Below, piece after piece: positions 21,927 through 33,578 of a DNA stretch of 64,000 nucleotides. The notes beneath the pieces were generated by a model. That model worked only from the letters and a program-made list of their open reading frames with translations, was not told the DNA's origin and searched no databases. This DNA comes from Macrostomum lignano (taxonomy: Eukaryota). Each line of letters begins with the position of its first letter. Position 1 is the stretch's first letter. The translations under genes were made by a program, and so were the position numbers. The stretch spans positions 310,001 to 374,000 of the forward strand of contig NIVC01000184.1 of assembly GCA_002269645.1 (NCBI GenBank). Reading direction: 5' to 3'.

Positions 21927-22301
21927 CTGGACTTCAAACGACTGTGCAATACGTCGAATCCAGATATCTTTATCCTCAGCAACGAGAAACGTAGTCTTTG
22001 GATCCGAGAAACTGCTAGACAACACGTTGCCAAGCGAAACGTTCTTGAATCCTTCAGACTGTCTGATGTCATCGTAGTTGGGAATGTTGATGCCCAGCGG
22101 TACTCCGCTATTAGCAAAAGTCACAATCTCCAGCGCAGTGAAGTCAGGCTGCAGAAATTTGTCCTTCTCATAAGCAGCTGGCCACGGAGCAGCGGCAGAA
22201 ACTTCTCAGCGTTGGAAACGAGAGCGTTGAACTTGGCGCTCTGCTCTTTGTTCACCACGGCTACGAAGCTTTCGAATTCGCCGCGAACTCCGAATGGATC
22301 T
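21927..22301 (-). CDS. DPP3: DPP3-B exon 4 (frameshifted near 22187)
   Basis: CCACGGAGCAGC here vs CCACGGAAGCAGC in copy A. Confidence 0.9.
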
Positions 22302-22343
22302 CTGTATAGAAATTGAGAATTGTATAACTTATAATTTTTACTA

Positions 22344-22461
22344 TAGCGGATTAAGAGCTTCGGGCTTCACTGAAAGGTCGGGGGTTCGATTCTTGACCTA
22401 CTCAGGAACAATTTATGACCTTTACCAAGACACTTAACTCTGCATTGCTTCAGTTCACCTG
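22344..22461 (+). mobile_element. SINE family 1, head plus core
   Basis: B box GGTTCGATTC followed by CACTTAACTCTGCATTGCTTCAGTTCACC. Confidence 0.7.
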
Positions 22462-23345
22462 AAGAAGACTACCGGATCAAGGGCGCCCGCATCACCAACT
22501 TATTTAGGCTTTTTTTTGAAGCCCGCAATAGCAGACTCAATAAGGATGCAGCAGTAGCTGTCCAAAATGCTCGGGAGGCAGCTAACCAGCTTGACAATGA
22601 CATCAAGCGTGGCTTGCGCAAGAGGCATTTGCAGTCCTGAATATAAATTAAACTAATTTATAAATATATTTTATCAATGCAAGTGCAAACTGCTGTGTTT
22701 CTTGCTATTTTATTCAATCTAATCTACTATTCTTGGCTACGCCAGACAGTTCGAAAGTACTATACTTGTATAGAAAAATATTTTGTTGGTAGAAATTTTA
22801 GGAAACTTTAGCTGAGCTACATACCGAATCGTGTGCAGTTTAAGTACAAGCTAAAGATAAAGATACTAAAGATACTACGTACATTACTTAGCAATTTGTG
22901 AAGGTTATACTCATAAAATTTAGTTTAAAATGTCTTCGTATTGTCAATTCCTACCAGAGTTTCTGGAGATAACAACTGGATGCCTACTAGGTCAGCTGTA
23001 GCCATCTATAATCATAATAAAAACTATAATTTTTCATTTTTATTTCATACTTCATAGTCAAATTGTTTGATTATATGTCATTTGCTATTACTTTTGGCTT
23101 AATGGCATTAGTTACATTTCTAAGCTAAATATACAGTCACATGAAAGTTATTTGTTTTTTATCTATTTTGTTAAAAAACCTTCTCCTCATATTTATTTAC
23201 TTTTTTAACGTTTAAAGTTTCTCTTCAAATTATCCCTTTAACTTTTGCTATTCCAGACTCTCCAGACAGGTGCCTAAAAAACAGGATCTGGCCTACTATG
23301 CAAAGCAAAAGGCAAAGCGGCGCCGAGTTGCCATCCTATCAATAT

Positions 23346-26300
23346 TGTAGTGAGCCGCTAGTTTAGTGTTAGGCGTCGCACTTGGTCAGCAGTTTTCCTC
23401 GCCCTCGCCCTCGCTCTCGCCCTGGGTTGCTGTCTGCCGCTGGTCAGCTTCCCGCCTTCCCTTGTCTGCCTGTTTGCTGCCCGCTTTTCCCGTTTGCTGC
23501 CCGTTTCCTGCGCCTCTGTTCACAGCCCTCAGCTTCTCTGCTGTGGTCTGTCCTTGTTTCGTTCCAGTCCTGTTTCCTCTGTCATGTGAGCAAGTCACAT
23601 GACAGATCTTGTTTTCTTGGAGTCCTAAAGTGCAGTAAACATGTTTACTGCACTCGCTGGTCCTGTTTACGGGAGAATCACGTGCCTAAGGTCCTTAACT
23701 TATCTAAGGAGAGGAGTGACTCATGTTTCTAAAAATAGACACAGAGTCACAGCCTGGCGCACTCTGCTTAATTTACCTCAAGTGACGTCAGTTCTAAAAA
23801 TACAACAAAGTCACGAGTTCTTGTGCGCTTTGGGGCAGAGGAGAATCCCGCGCAACAAATAGGACCCCTCCCCCTTGTTTCCGTCAAGGAGTTTCTCTAG
23901 AGTCTAAAGTTCCGAGTGTTCAGCGTCCTGTCTGAGCGTTAGTCATTCGTTCTCTAAGTGTCTGAAACGCCCGTTCTGCGTCTGCGTACATTTGCTTTCC
24001 TATAATTGGTCTGACTGAGACCCCTCTAAAGCCAACCCCGAGCCTACGGCAGGCTGACACAGCCCTCCAATCCACCCACCAAGCCCCCACCAGGCGAGCG
24101 AGACGCTTTAAGGATCTGCTGATGAGACGCCCTGTACGTTGAGCTGCAAATCTGCACACGGTGCTGAGTTCGTTGACTTGTTTATTTCGTTCCGACGGGA
24201 AGCTCACCTCATCGAAGGCCGAGACCATGAAGGAACTGGTGGCAGCACTACCTACGCTACTAAGAGCTAAGAATGCTTCCGATAGAAGAGGCTCGAAACT
24301 TAAGGTAAACTTAAGTGCCTAAACCGGGAAGCCAACAGCGTCTACTTCATTGCTGAAGCAGCGGTGAGATCCGACTACGACACACCCAAGCCAACCGCTC
24401 TTTCGAGAACGACGTCGGCCAGCAACTACGACGAGATCAACATGTTCAACAAGCGAGACGAGAGCCGGTGCAGCAGCCGGCTAGATCAGCACGTCAGCAG
24501 TTCGAGGCCTGCGGCAGCAGACGCCGCCGCGGCAGCAGCAGTGAGCAACGACTTCTGTCAGCAACCGACGCCGAGGCGAGGTGCGAGAAGCGATGTTCCC
24601 GACGACCCACCAGACGATCTTTTGCAAGGCCTGGACAACATTGGCCAGAACATCACGCACCAGGACGTGAGGACCATGATTGCAGTCCTGCAGCAACAGA
24701 TGGAGCGGACCGTGAGTAAATAAGTTAAGATTTTCAAATTTACTGCAAGTCAGGGCATTCATGTCTGGCTTGCCGCGTTCGAGCAGCGTTGCAATGTGGA
24801 GCGCATCGTCGACCCGTTCGAGATGAAGCAACACCTCATCGCGAGTCTTGGCTTAGCTACTGCGTATACTGCCTTGCTTGGTATGAATCTTCCGCGCTTC
24901 GCCAGCTACGAGGAGGTTAAACAACGTCTGATAGAGCGATTTGCCCGTCATGGTGGTGCTGATGAGTACCGAGAATTGCTGCGACGTCGTCAACAAGGCA
25001 AGAATGAGTCAGCAGAAGAGTTTGCTGACGCCTTGAGAACTTTGGTGAACGTGCGTATCCTCGAATGCACCCTGAAGACCGCGAGAAGGAACTTGCCGAT
25101 CAATTTCTTGCTGGTATCCGGACGACTCCAGACTTGCGTGAACGGCTTTACTGGATTCGCCCAAATAATCTTCTCGCCGCGATTCGTGAACTACGACGAC
25201 TAGAAGGCGCCAAAGAGTTGGCGCAGCGATCCGCTCAACCCCCGGTTCGGATGTTTGACGGGGAGCAGGACGGCGACCCGAAGCCCGACGTCACCGCCCA
25301 AGCCTTGCTAACTCCAACCGATTTGATCGAGAAGCAGCAGCGACTGCTTGATCACCTGGTGCAGCGTGACCAACAGCAGACAGCAAGCCCGTCATCGAAG
25401 GCTGTGATCTGCTACGGATGAGGACAGCCCGGTCACCGAAGTGCACAATGCCAGTTTCGCCAGAACCAGGGAAACGGCCAGCCGGAGAGCGACAACGGCA
25501 CCACCCTCCGAGAGGTCCAAGCCAAGGCTACTTGGCAGACTCCGAGAGATCACCAGAAGAAGAGAATGTCGGCTGTGCAGGCGCCAATGCCCAGTCCGAC
25601 AGTCGCTCGTCAGTAAGTGACGCGGAGTGCGGAGGTTTCGTGGACACCTCCCTGAATAAAAAAATCCATGCGCATGAGGCCGATCCGTACGTCACAGGCC
25701 GAGTAGCGAGTCGAGAGGTCCCTTTCTTGCTAGACAGCAGCAGCCGGAAAAACTTCCTTGGTTCGTCAACCTGGGCCGCTATTACACCTCGGATGCCTCG
25801 TTGTATTATATCGCATGCTCTATTCCCGATTGCGTAACTATGTATGATGGGACGCAGCTCCCTCTTGCTTGCAGGGTGTCCGCCGCGTCAAGCAGATCTC
25901 TCTAAAGGGCCAGGCTGCCCCGCAGGTGCCCATCTCCGACGGGATCGCCCGCAGCATTGCCATGATTCACAAAAAGGTTGAGGCAGACATGGCTTAGGAA
26001 GCCGCAGCCGCCAACCAGGAGCAGTCCAAGCCCACGCCAGCTAGCCTCGAAACGACGGGCCGTGAGCATCGCCGTTCCCAAACTGCAGCTCACATCTTCA
26101 TAGACCTGACAGAGCCGGAGACTCCGATGCCTCGTCCCGAGAGCGAGATAACCCAGGCCGGCCCTTCCGTCACTGAGGTCGTGGCGAAGAGTGTCGCTAC
26201 AGCTTCAGCATCACCGATCAGCGGCAAGCGGGTCAGCGGCGTTGGTGACCAAGGCCGAGCGACGAGACGCCCGACCGGAGACGTCCGCTGACGCTGGCGG

Positions 26301-28164
26301 ACCACTGGCGGACACTAGTTTCTTTTGTAGGGTCGGCTAGGAGCGTCGGATAGAGCCGGCCTCACCACCTCGTGACGACGAGACCTGGCTGCCAACGGTC
26401 CCAGAGCCCGAGGTCTCGGAGGACCCAGAGCAAGCCGAGGCTGCCTGCCAGACCGAAGACCTCCCCGAAAGCCGAGATCCCTATGCGGCCGCCTGGACCG
26501 AGCTGGCTACGGAGGTCCGCCGGGCCCTGGCCCCCGGCCATTCGGAACCCCCAGCGCCGCCGAATTCGCCGGATCCGCAGGCGGCGGTCTCGGGAACGGC
26601 CAGAGACGACGATGGAGAGCCAGTGCCGGCGAACCTCGCGCCAGAGGTCCAAGCCGCCGTCAATCACTACATCAAGGCGGTGGATTACCGGGCTCAATTA
26701 CTGACGGGCGCCGCTCAGCTGGGCACCCTGCCAACCCTTGCGGGGTGGCCGCGGTGGGCCAGCCTCCGCGCCCTGAGTGACGACGACCGATAGCGGCTGA
26801 TGGACGAGGCCGCCCAGCTGTCCGCGCCAACCCTGCGAAACCCACCGCACCGGGAGACGGCCCGCACAGTCACCCGCTTGATCGCTGGCCGGGCTCCCGA
26901 GGTTCCGGACATTGTGCGGATGTGCGACCGGGTACCAAGGCTAAGCCGCGTGTGCTCATGACAGTGACCAGGAGAGACTAGTTAATCGGCACTGGCCCTT
27001 TCCCCTTTTAACTTGCCTAGGCCTGTGCTTGAAGGCGCATTTCGTTCGCTCCCAATCTCTAGCCCCTTTTTCTGCAGTCCAGGGGCAACTGCATTGCGTA
27101 CAAGCCTTTGAATCTCGGGTTTTCTTTACGGTTAGCCCGGCCGCATTTAACCCGTAAATTCGCCTTTTACGAGGTATTTTCCCCTTTCTGCCTTCCTCGG
27201 AAGCGCCCATTGTTCCCGCGGGCTCTGCCAATTGACTCCCGGCATCCCACCATATTTAGGCGCTAATTTTCTGGGCCGGCGCCCCCAACCTGCTACTGAA
27301 TTTTAATTTTTGCTGCCATTGTGCCCGAGAGGCTGGCCCGAGAGGCTTGCCAGCCTGTTCGTTTTTAAGCTCCATTTTAGGGCTCTGCCTTGGCGCGGGC
27401 AACCACTTTTAGGCCTCCGGTGCTGCGTAGGTTTGCCAAGTTTTAAGCAACGTCTGCTGCCCTATTTTTTAGCCTCTCGGGCTCTGCCAGCCTTTAAGGC
27501 ATCCCGCCATATTTAGGCGCCTTTGCTTCGCAGGGGCTGGCGCCCCCCGCTACGCCATTTCGGGCTACAATCCCGGCCTTGGCCCAGCCGTGCAATAATT
27601 CTGCAAGACAATTTTTAAGTTTGCTAAATAAATTTGCCAGACATTTTTAAGTAAACCCATTATTTTCAACTATTAAATAAAAGCACGCTCCGCTTTCACT
27701 TCGCCTCTTTATTTGAACGGGAAGAGTGTGAGTGAGCCGCTAGTTTATTCATCTAAAGTCATCCGTTCTCTAAGTGTCTGAAACGCCCGTTCTGCGTCTG
27801 CGTACATTTAATTTCCTATAATTGGTCTGACTGAGACCCCTCTAAAGCCAACCCCGAGCCTACGGCAGGCTAACACAGCCCTCCAATCCACCCACCAAGC
27901 CCCCACCAGGCGAGCGAGACGCTTTAAGGATCTGCTGATGAGACGCCCTGTACGTTGAGCTGCAAATCTGCACACGGTGCTGAGTTCGTTGACTTGTTTA
28001 TTTCGTTCCGACGGGAAGCTAACCTCATCGAAGGCCGAGACCCGAAGGAACTGGTGGCAGCACTACCTACGCTACTAAGAGGTAAGAATGCTTCCGATAG
28101 AAGAGGCTCGAGACTTAAGGTAAACTTAAGTGCCTAAACCGGCAAGCCAACAGCGTCTACTTCA
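23346..28164 (+). mobile_element. Non-autonomous LTR retroelement (gag-protease only, no RT or integrase)
   Basis: 5' LTR 23346-24349 and internally deleted 3' LTR 27727-28164 share about 400 bp. TG...CA ends, 4-bp TSD ATAT, degenerate tRNA-Leu-like PBS at 24351 and PPT at about 27715-27726. Confidence 0.8.
24364..25840 (+). pseudogene. Decayed gag and aspartic protease
   Basis: RRRQQGKNESAEEFADALR and DQFLAGI; zinc knuckle CYG*GQPGHRSAQC; protease VPFLLDSSS. Several stops and frameshifts. Confidence 0.8.
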
Positions 28165-28492
28165 ATATCCAGTTCTTCAGACTCTGATGATTTTCGTTTG
28201 GGTCTAGAAGATGCAACCCATGGACATGCAGAAGATTGGCAACCACGAGTGACTTCGAGTCCAATTCTATTTGACCAATCAGATTCACACTCAAGTGGGT
28301 CATTGCAGGACTCGAGCATCTCGTCGTCAGAAGGCTTGTTTGGGAATGCGACAATGAGTGTTGATTAATTTAAAAGACGGTTTACATCACTAGTTGCAAG
28401 CAAGCGTGTCAATGACACAACTGCCGCTGCCTTTCTTGGCCACTGTGCCAAAACCTTAGCATGATAAGCAGTCACTTCCTCAATCTTGCAAC

Positions 28493-28605
28493 TTACAAAA
28501 TCGCTTCTCCAGACATGCAGCTTGGCACATAACACAGCATATGGCGGAACCAGCCGCCACACTTCACAGACATGACTTCTGCCGTCGCCTCCTCCGCAAT
28601 TCTAT
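28493..28605 (-). pseudogene. IS630/Tc1-like transposase extreme C-terminal fragment
   Basis: RIAEEATAEVMSVKCGGWFRHMLCYVPSCM resembles RVAQDATREVTVAKCGGWYRQMLRFIPA at about 13135-13220. Confidence 0.6.
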
Positions 28606-30063
28606 TCAGAACAAGGATTCGCCAACCTAATTCAAAATTTAGGCCAACCTAGGCCAACCTAGCATTAGGCCAACTTAGGCCAACCTAGTGCGATACATTC
28701 TTGCACCTTCATTTTTCCTTCTAATAATACTTTTGTGCCTATTTTTCGTTTTTAACTATAATTTCACAGCACAACGTACATGTCCATTCGTTAGTTTTTT
28801 TGTTTTTAGTTGTATGTTTTCATACTTTCTTTAATATTTGGAATGTTATCAAAACATCAATTATGTTAACCAATCATGTTTTTATATTTCAACTGTCTTG
28901 TTAGTTTTTAAAGAAAGACAAATATACATCTTCTTGCATCGAATATCAACTTTTGCAAAAGTTGCAATTGCGCCCTTGTAATGTGCCCTTCGGTTTGAAT
29001 TAAAAAACTTGAATTTGTGGCTAGTTCGTCTGTTATTTTTTAGTCCTCACTGAAGCTCTCTTGATGTATAGGCTCCATAGGCTCTCATTGTTAAGCGTGT
29101 TGCGTTTGCTTCATAAACAAAATTTTATGAACGTTTTAGACGTTTTGTCAATTTATTTATATAAATATATACATATAAAATATATATATACTGGCAGAGA
29201 AAGCGAGGATCAGCGATTGGCTATTTGCTCAGTGCACTACTCCAAGTAGGATAGTAAAAAACGTTATGTAACATGATAATTGCAATAAAATTGCTATTTA
29301 CAATAAATTTATTTTAATCCTCATGCAAGTTATATGTAATTGACGTGCCATTTTTGTGCAATTAAATTGCAAGAAAATATCTTACCGAAATTGCAACTAA
29401 AGTGCAATTTAGCTTAGGCTTCTCGCAATTAAAAGAACAATTCACTTGTAATTCGCTTGCAAGAATGGCGAAATTATTGCGTCTCCGATTGCAATTTTTG
29501 GTAATTCTGCGCAATTTTTTTATCTAGTGTTACAAAATATTTTTTGAAAAAAAATGGCGCTTCATATCGGTAGCTGATTATTTATGCTTCTAATTTCTTT
29601 TATCCGCGAGTTTTACTGCCTGCAATAGAACTTTTTTTAATTTGTTCAGTTGCAACTTTTATGCTCATTCTTATTCTGCAATACATTATAATAATATTAT
29701 AGTACACTATACAGTTATTGTGCGGCTCCTAAATACTTGCTCGTCGAATAGTTTCTTTAAATTATCCGTGATGACATTATTCTTCATTCTTTGTTAACTC
29801 CAAACCCATTGGATAAGTTCTGAAATTTTATTTCCTTATACTTTTTGTAAACAAGTCACCTAAATCAGTTTGAATTGTGAGAAGTATTTATAGCTTGTAT
29901 AAAACTTTGCATATTTGAAAGTATTTGAGAAGTAAGTCGAGAAAACATTGCATACTTGCCACGAGATTGCATTATTGACTTACGAAGTACTTAGCAAGTT
30001 TTTTTTATCTGGTTAGGTCCAAAATCACAAGTCATGGCTTTTTGGTCTTCAGTTTAGTCTTAG

Positions 30064-31138
30064 CCCGTCGAACTTTTCACCCGGAATTTCGCCCGGAATT
30101 TTTTGCGTTCACCCGGAATTTTTTCCTATTCCAGTAATGCAATCTGATCCGGGTGGAAATTCCGGATCTGTAACGAAAGTTTACAGAATCCGGGCGAAAT
30201 TTCCGGATCAAAAAGAAAAATTCCGGAAAATAGACCCGGATCGCTAAAAAAAATCCGGTGACTGTTCCGGGTGCGATCCGGGCGAGTGGAACGGATCAGC
30301 ACACAAATCCAGGCTAAATTCCGGGCGACGAAAACCGGATCAACACACAATTCCGGGCGAGTGAACCGGATCAGCACACAAATCCGGGCTAATTCCGGGC
30401 GAGTGAACCGGATCAGCACACAAATCCGGGCTAATTCCGGGCGAGTGAACCGGATCAGCACACAATTCTGGGCGAGTGAACCGGATCAGCACACAATTCT
30501 GGGCGAGTGAACCGGATCAGCACACAATTCTGGGCGAGTGAACCGGATCAGCACACAATTCTGGGCGAGTGAACCGGATCAGCACACAATTCTGGGCGAG
30601 TGAACCGGATCAGCACACAAATCCGGGCTAATTCCGGGCGAGTGAACCGGATCAGCACACAAATTCGGGCGAATTCCGGGAGAGTGAACCGGATTAGCAC
30701 ACGAATCCAGGTGAATTCTGGATGATTGAACCGGATTTGCAGCCAAATCTTGGGCTTATCACAGTAGCAGAAAATTAAATAAAGAACGGGTCATTGTTCC
30801 ATACATTTTCCACGACTACGAATTGAATCGAATTCGATTTAGCCGTCCACGAACAGAAATACTGAATTCAGTTGTGCACAACTGTAAATCGTATATTTCT
30901 ATGCACTTCTACGTACATAGAATTCCATGGTGTTCCGGGTGAAAAATTCCGGAAAATCAGACCGGAACAGCTTTCCTTTTCCCGAAAATTTTCCGGATCA
31001 TATTTCCGGATTTTTTTCCGGAACAAGGGGCTGTTCCGGGCCAAAAAAGCTGATCCGGGCCTTCACCCGGAAATCAATTAAAAATCGGGCCCGGATCACA
31101 AAAATCCGGAAAAAATTCCGGGTGAAACGTTCGACGGG
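30064..31138. mobile_element. Non-autonomous CMC/EnSpm-type element
   Basis: TIR CCCGTCGAAC.TTTCACCCGGAATTT, 2-bp TSD AG and dense subterminal CCGGA motifs. Confidence 0.75.
30270..30740. repeat. Internal tandem array of 31-bp and 42-bp units
   Basis: AATTC(C/T)GGGCGAGTGAACCGGATCAGCACAC, with or without AAATCCGGGCT. Confidence 0.9.
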
Positions 31139-31586
31139 AGTCTTAGATATAAGTTGGACTCTCAATCTCAGCGAGTCAGTTTGATGACCTCAGTCAGTTC
31201 AAAGACAACTTAATCACTCAGGACGGGAGTCTCGCCATTCGTGGTGATTGAGTTGTCATTGAGTCGTCATTGAGTCAGTTACTTTTTGTGGGAACAGATA
31301 GATTTATGGCACTGTTTTCGCGCACAGCAAAAGATATTCAATTCATTTTTTCTCGCTACTACTCATTAGTAGACGATCTGCTATACAACACCGTAATTAA
31401 CGGCAAGTAGAAAAATTAAACCCTAGCACGTTTTCATCAATTTCAAAGGTTTTTAAAGTAAGTCAGGCTGAATATTATGAATCTACTCCAGTAGCTGGGT
31501 AGATATTTGGCACCTGTCTAATAATCATCCTGGATAATAATCATAAAAATTTAAATTGAACCAGCCACTGAAAAAAATGCCCGAAC

Positions 31587-31885
31587 CTGTAGGACTCGAT
31601 GAAGCCCATGTAGGTCTCCACAGCCGGTCCCTTGTCGCGAATCCAGGCCCTCGACCCGGCCTTGTGCTCGTCGATGCTGCCGCCGGCGAACGAAGCCGCG
31701 TAGCGACGCAGCATCTCCGCTTGGTTGGCGTTGAGCGCAGCGGCTTCGGCGTTGCGCAGATGCGGCAGCGCCAGCGACATCAGCTCGCGGTAGTCACCCC
31801 GCTCGACACTGAACTTGCCGCTGCGACCGCTGGCCTCGTCGGTGAAGTCGGTCGGCTCAGCCACGACGCTCGACTCTGCAGAAGC
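31587..31885 (-). CDS. DPP3: DPP3-B exon 3
   Basis: 299 nt, near-identical to 16010-16308. Confidence 0.93.
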
Positions 31886-31914
31886 CTGACGGATGAGTCG
31901 GGAAGGAGCGATGA

Positions 31915-32285
31915 TGTTTTTTTTATTAGATTAGAGGCAGGGGGTTGTGTTCACCCTGGCGCACTTTAAGCGACATAGGCACACAACCGGTGAGAGGCAT
32001 TACTGCCCATTCCGCCGACTCCCCTGAGCAGGCATACAAGCGCGCGGAGACGTACGCAGGCACACACTCACACAGGAGTGTACAGTGGCCCTAACTTTAT
32101 ATTATCGTTAGGCATGTACACTTCACTGCGCCTTGGGGGGTTGGCTCTCAAGGCCGTTAATTGCACGAGCAGAGCCAAGCCGAGATTCCAATTCAGCCTT
32201 AAATTAATGTGACTGCACTTGGAATCGAGCCTGGGTCGCTGGCACACCAGAGCAGCTGCGCTACCGCTGGGCTACGGCCCCCCTT
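31915..32285 (-). mobile_element. SINE family 2
   Basis: Full copy with a 9-bp TSD GAGCGATGA (31906-31914 and 32286-32294). Absent at the homologous site of copy A (about 16330). Confidence 0.88.
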
Positions 32286-33578
32286 GAGCGATGAGGTTGC
32301 CCATTGGTTTTTAATTAGCGCGGCTCTAAAACAGTTTCTGAATCTGAAGAGCCACAAAATTACAACTGCCTCAACGTGCCTTGACTTCAGTGCCGAAGCA
32401 TATATGGCTGATTTTCTCGCCCTCCGATCAATAGGCGGAATAGCCACACTGTAGACACAAATACTAGGTTTAGGCTAGGCGTAAAGTCTCAAGTTCGAGT
32501 CTGCCTCCCCGCGGACAATTAAAATTGAATTTTTTTATTCATTTGTAGCTTGTGCATCGACTGATTGGAACATTTTTTGTTCAATTAGCAAGGCACACTT
32601 ATTGAATTAAATTTGCTATTCGGCACAAGTCGCATATCAAGGCTGACGGGGGGGATTACTGAGATTGCTTGCCTTTGGCAGATGCTTGCTATTTAGGGAT
32701 ATATGCTACAGGGGATGCTTTCTATCGGAGGATGCTTGCTATCTTGGGGTTTTTGAAATCGAAATCTGAAGAAAGAGATTAAATAATGCTATAGTGGAAA
32801 TTTTCATGACAAAGACAGCCCCGTGGATTTTTTGAGTGGAACAACCAAGGGATGGAGTTAGGATGGCAAGCTCCGACTGGGGTTGGAATTGGCTAGTCCA
32901 CTCTACTATTACCAAATATATAGTTGTGTTGGCCGAATTTCATAAATTTAGCTGTCGCTAACTTTTTTATCTTGATTGTACATTATCTGCTATTGTACAT
33001 TATTATTATTATTATTATTAGATTAGCATTCAGTTATGTTAATGTGGTCATGTATCGAGCGGCTAGTTTAGTGTTAGGCGTCGCCCTACTGTCAGCAGTT
33101 TCCCTCGCACCGCTTTGGGTTGCTGTCTGCCCCTGGGCAGCTTCCCCTTTTTTGGTCATACTGTGCTCCGTCCCTTTCCCTTTGCTCTGCGTTCTTGTTT
33201 GCAGCCATGGGCATCTCTGCTGTGGTTTGCTCTTGTTTCGCTTCTGTCCTGAGGTCACGGCAGTAGCCTGTTTTCCCTTGTCACGTGAGCAAGTCACATG
33301 ACAAGCCAAGCCTAAAGTGCAGCACACATATTTTTTTGTTTATTTCTGTTTATTTATTCAATTTTTATTTCTGTTAAGGATTCTCTATTTTTTCGGATAT
33401 CTCAATTTCTCCGTACAGTTCAATTCAGTTCGTCTCCGCTCGCGCGTGTGCGTACATTTGAACACTTTTGTTATTGGCCTGACTGTCCATTCAAAGGCAC
33501 CAAGCCAACAAGAGGCTAACTCTGCCCTCCCAACCGCCCATCGAGCCCGACAGGATCTGCTGACGAGACGCCTTAGTA

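Noticed and set aside
24118-24160. Hammerhead-like CTGATGAG in the LTR family
   Set aside because: No GAAA after a closable stem II.
30126-30510. Repetitive ORFs on both strands
   Set aside because: Arise from the tandem array inside the CMC-like element.
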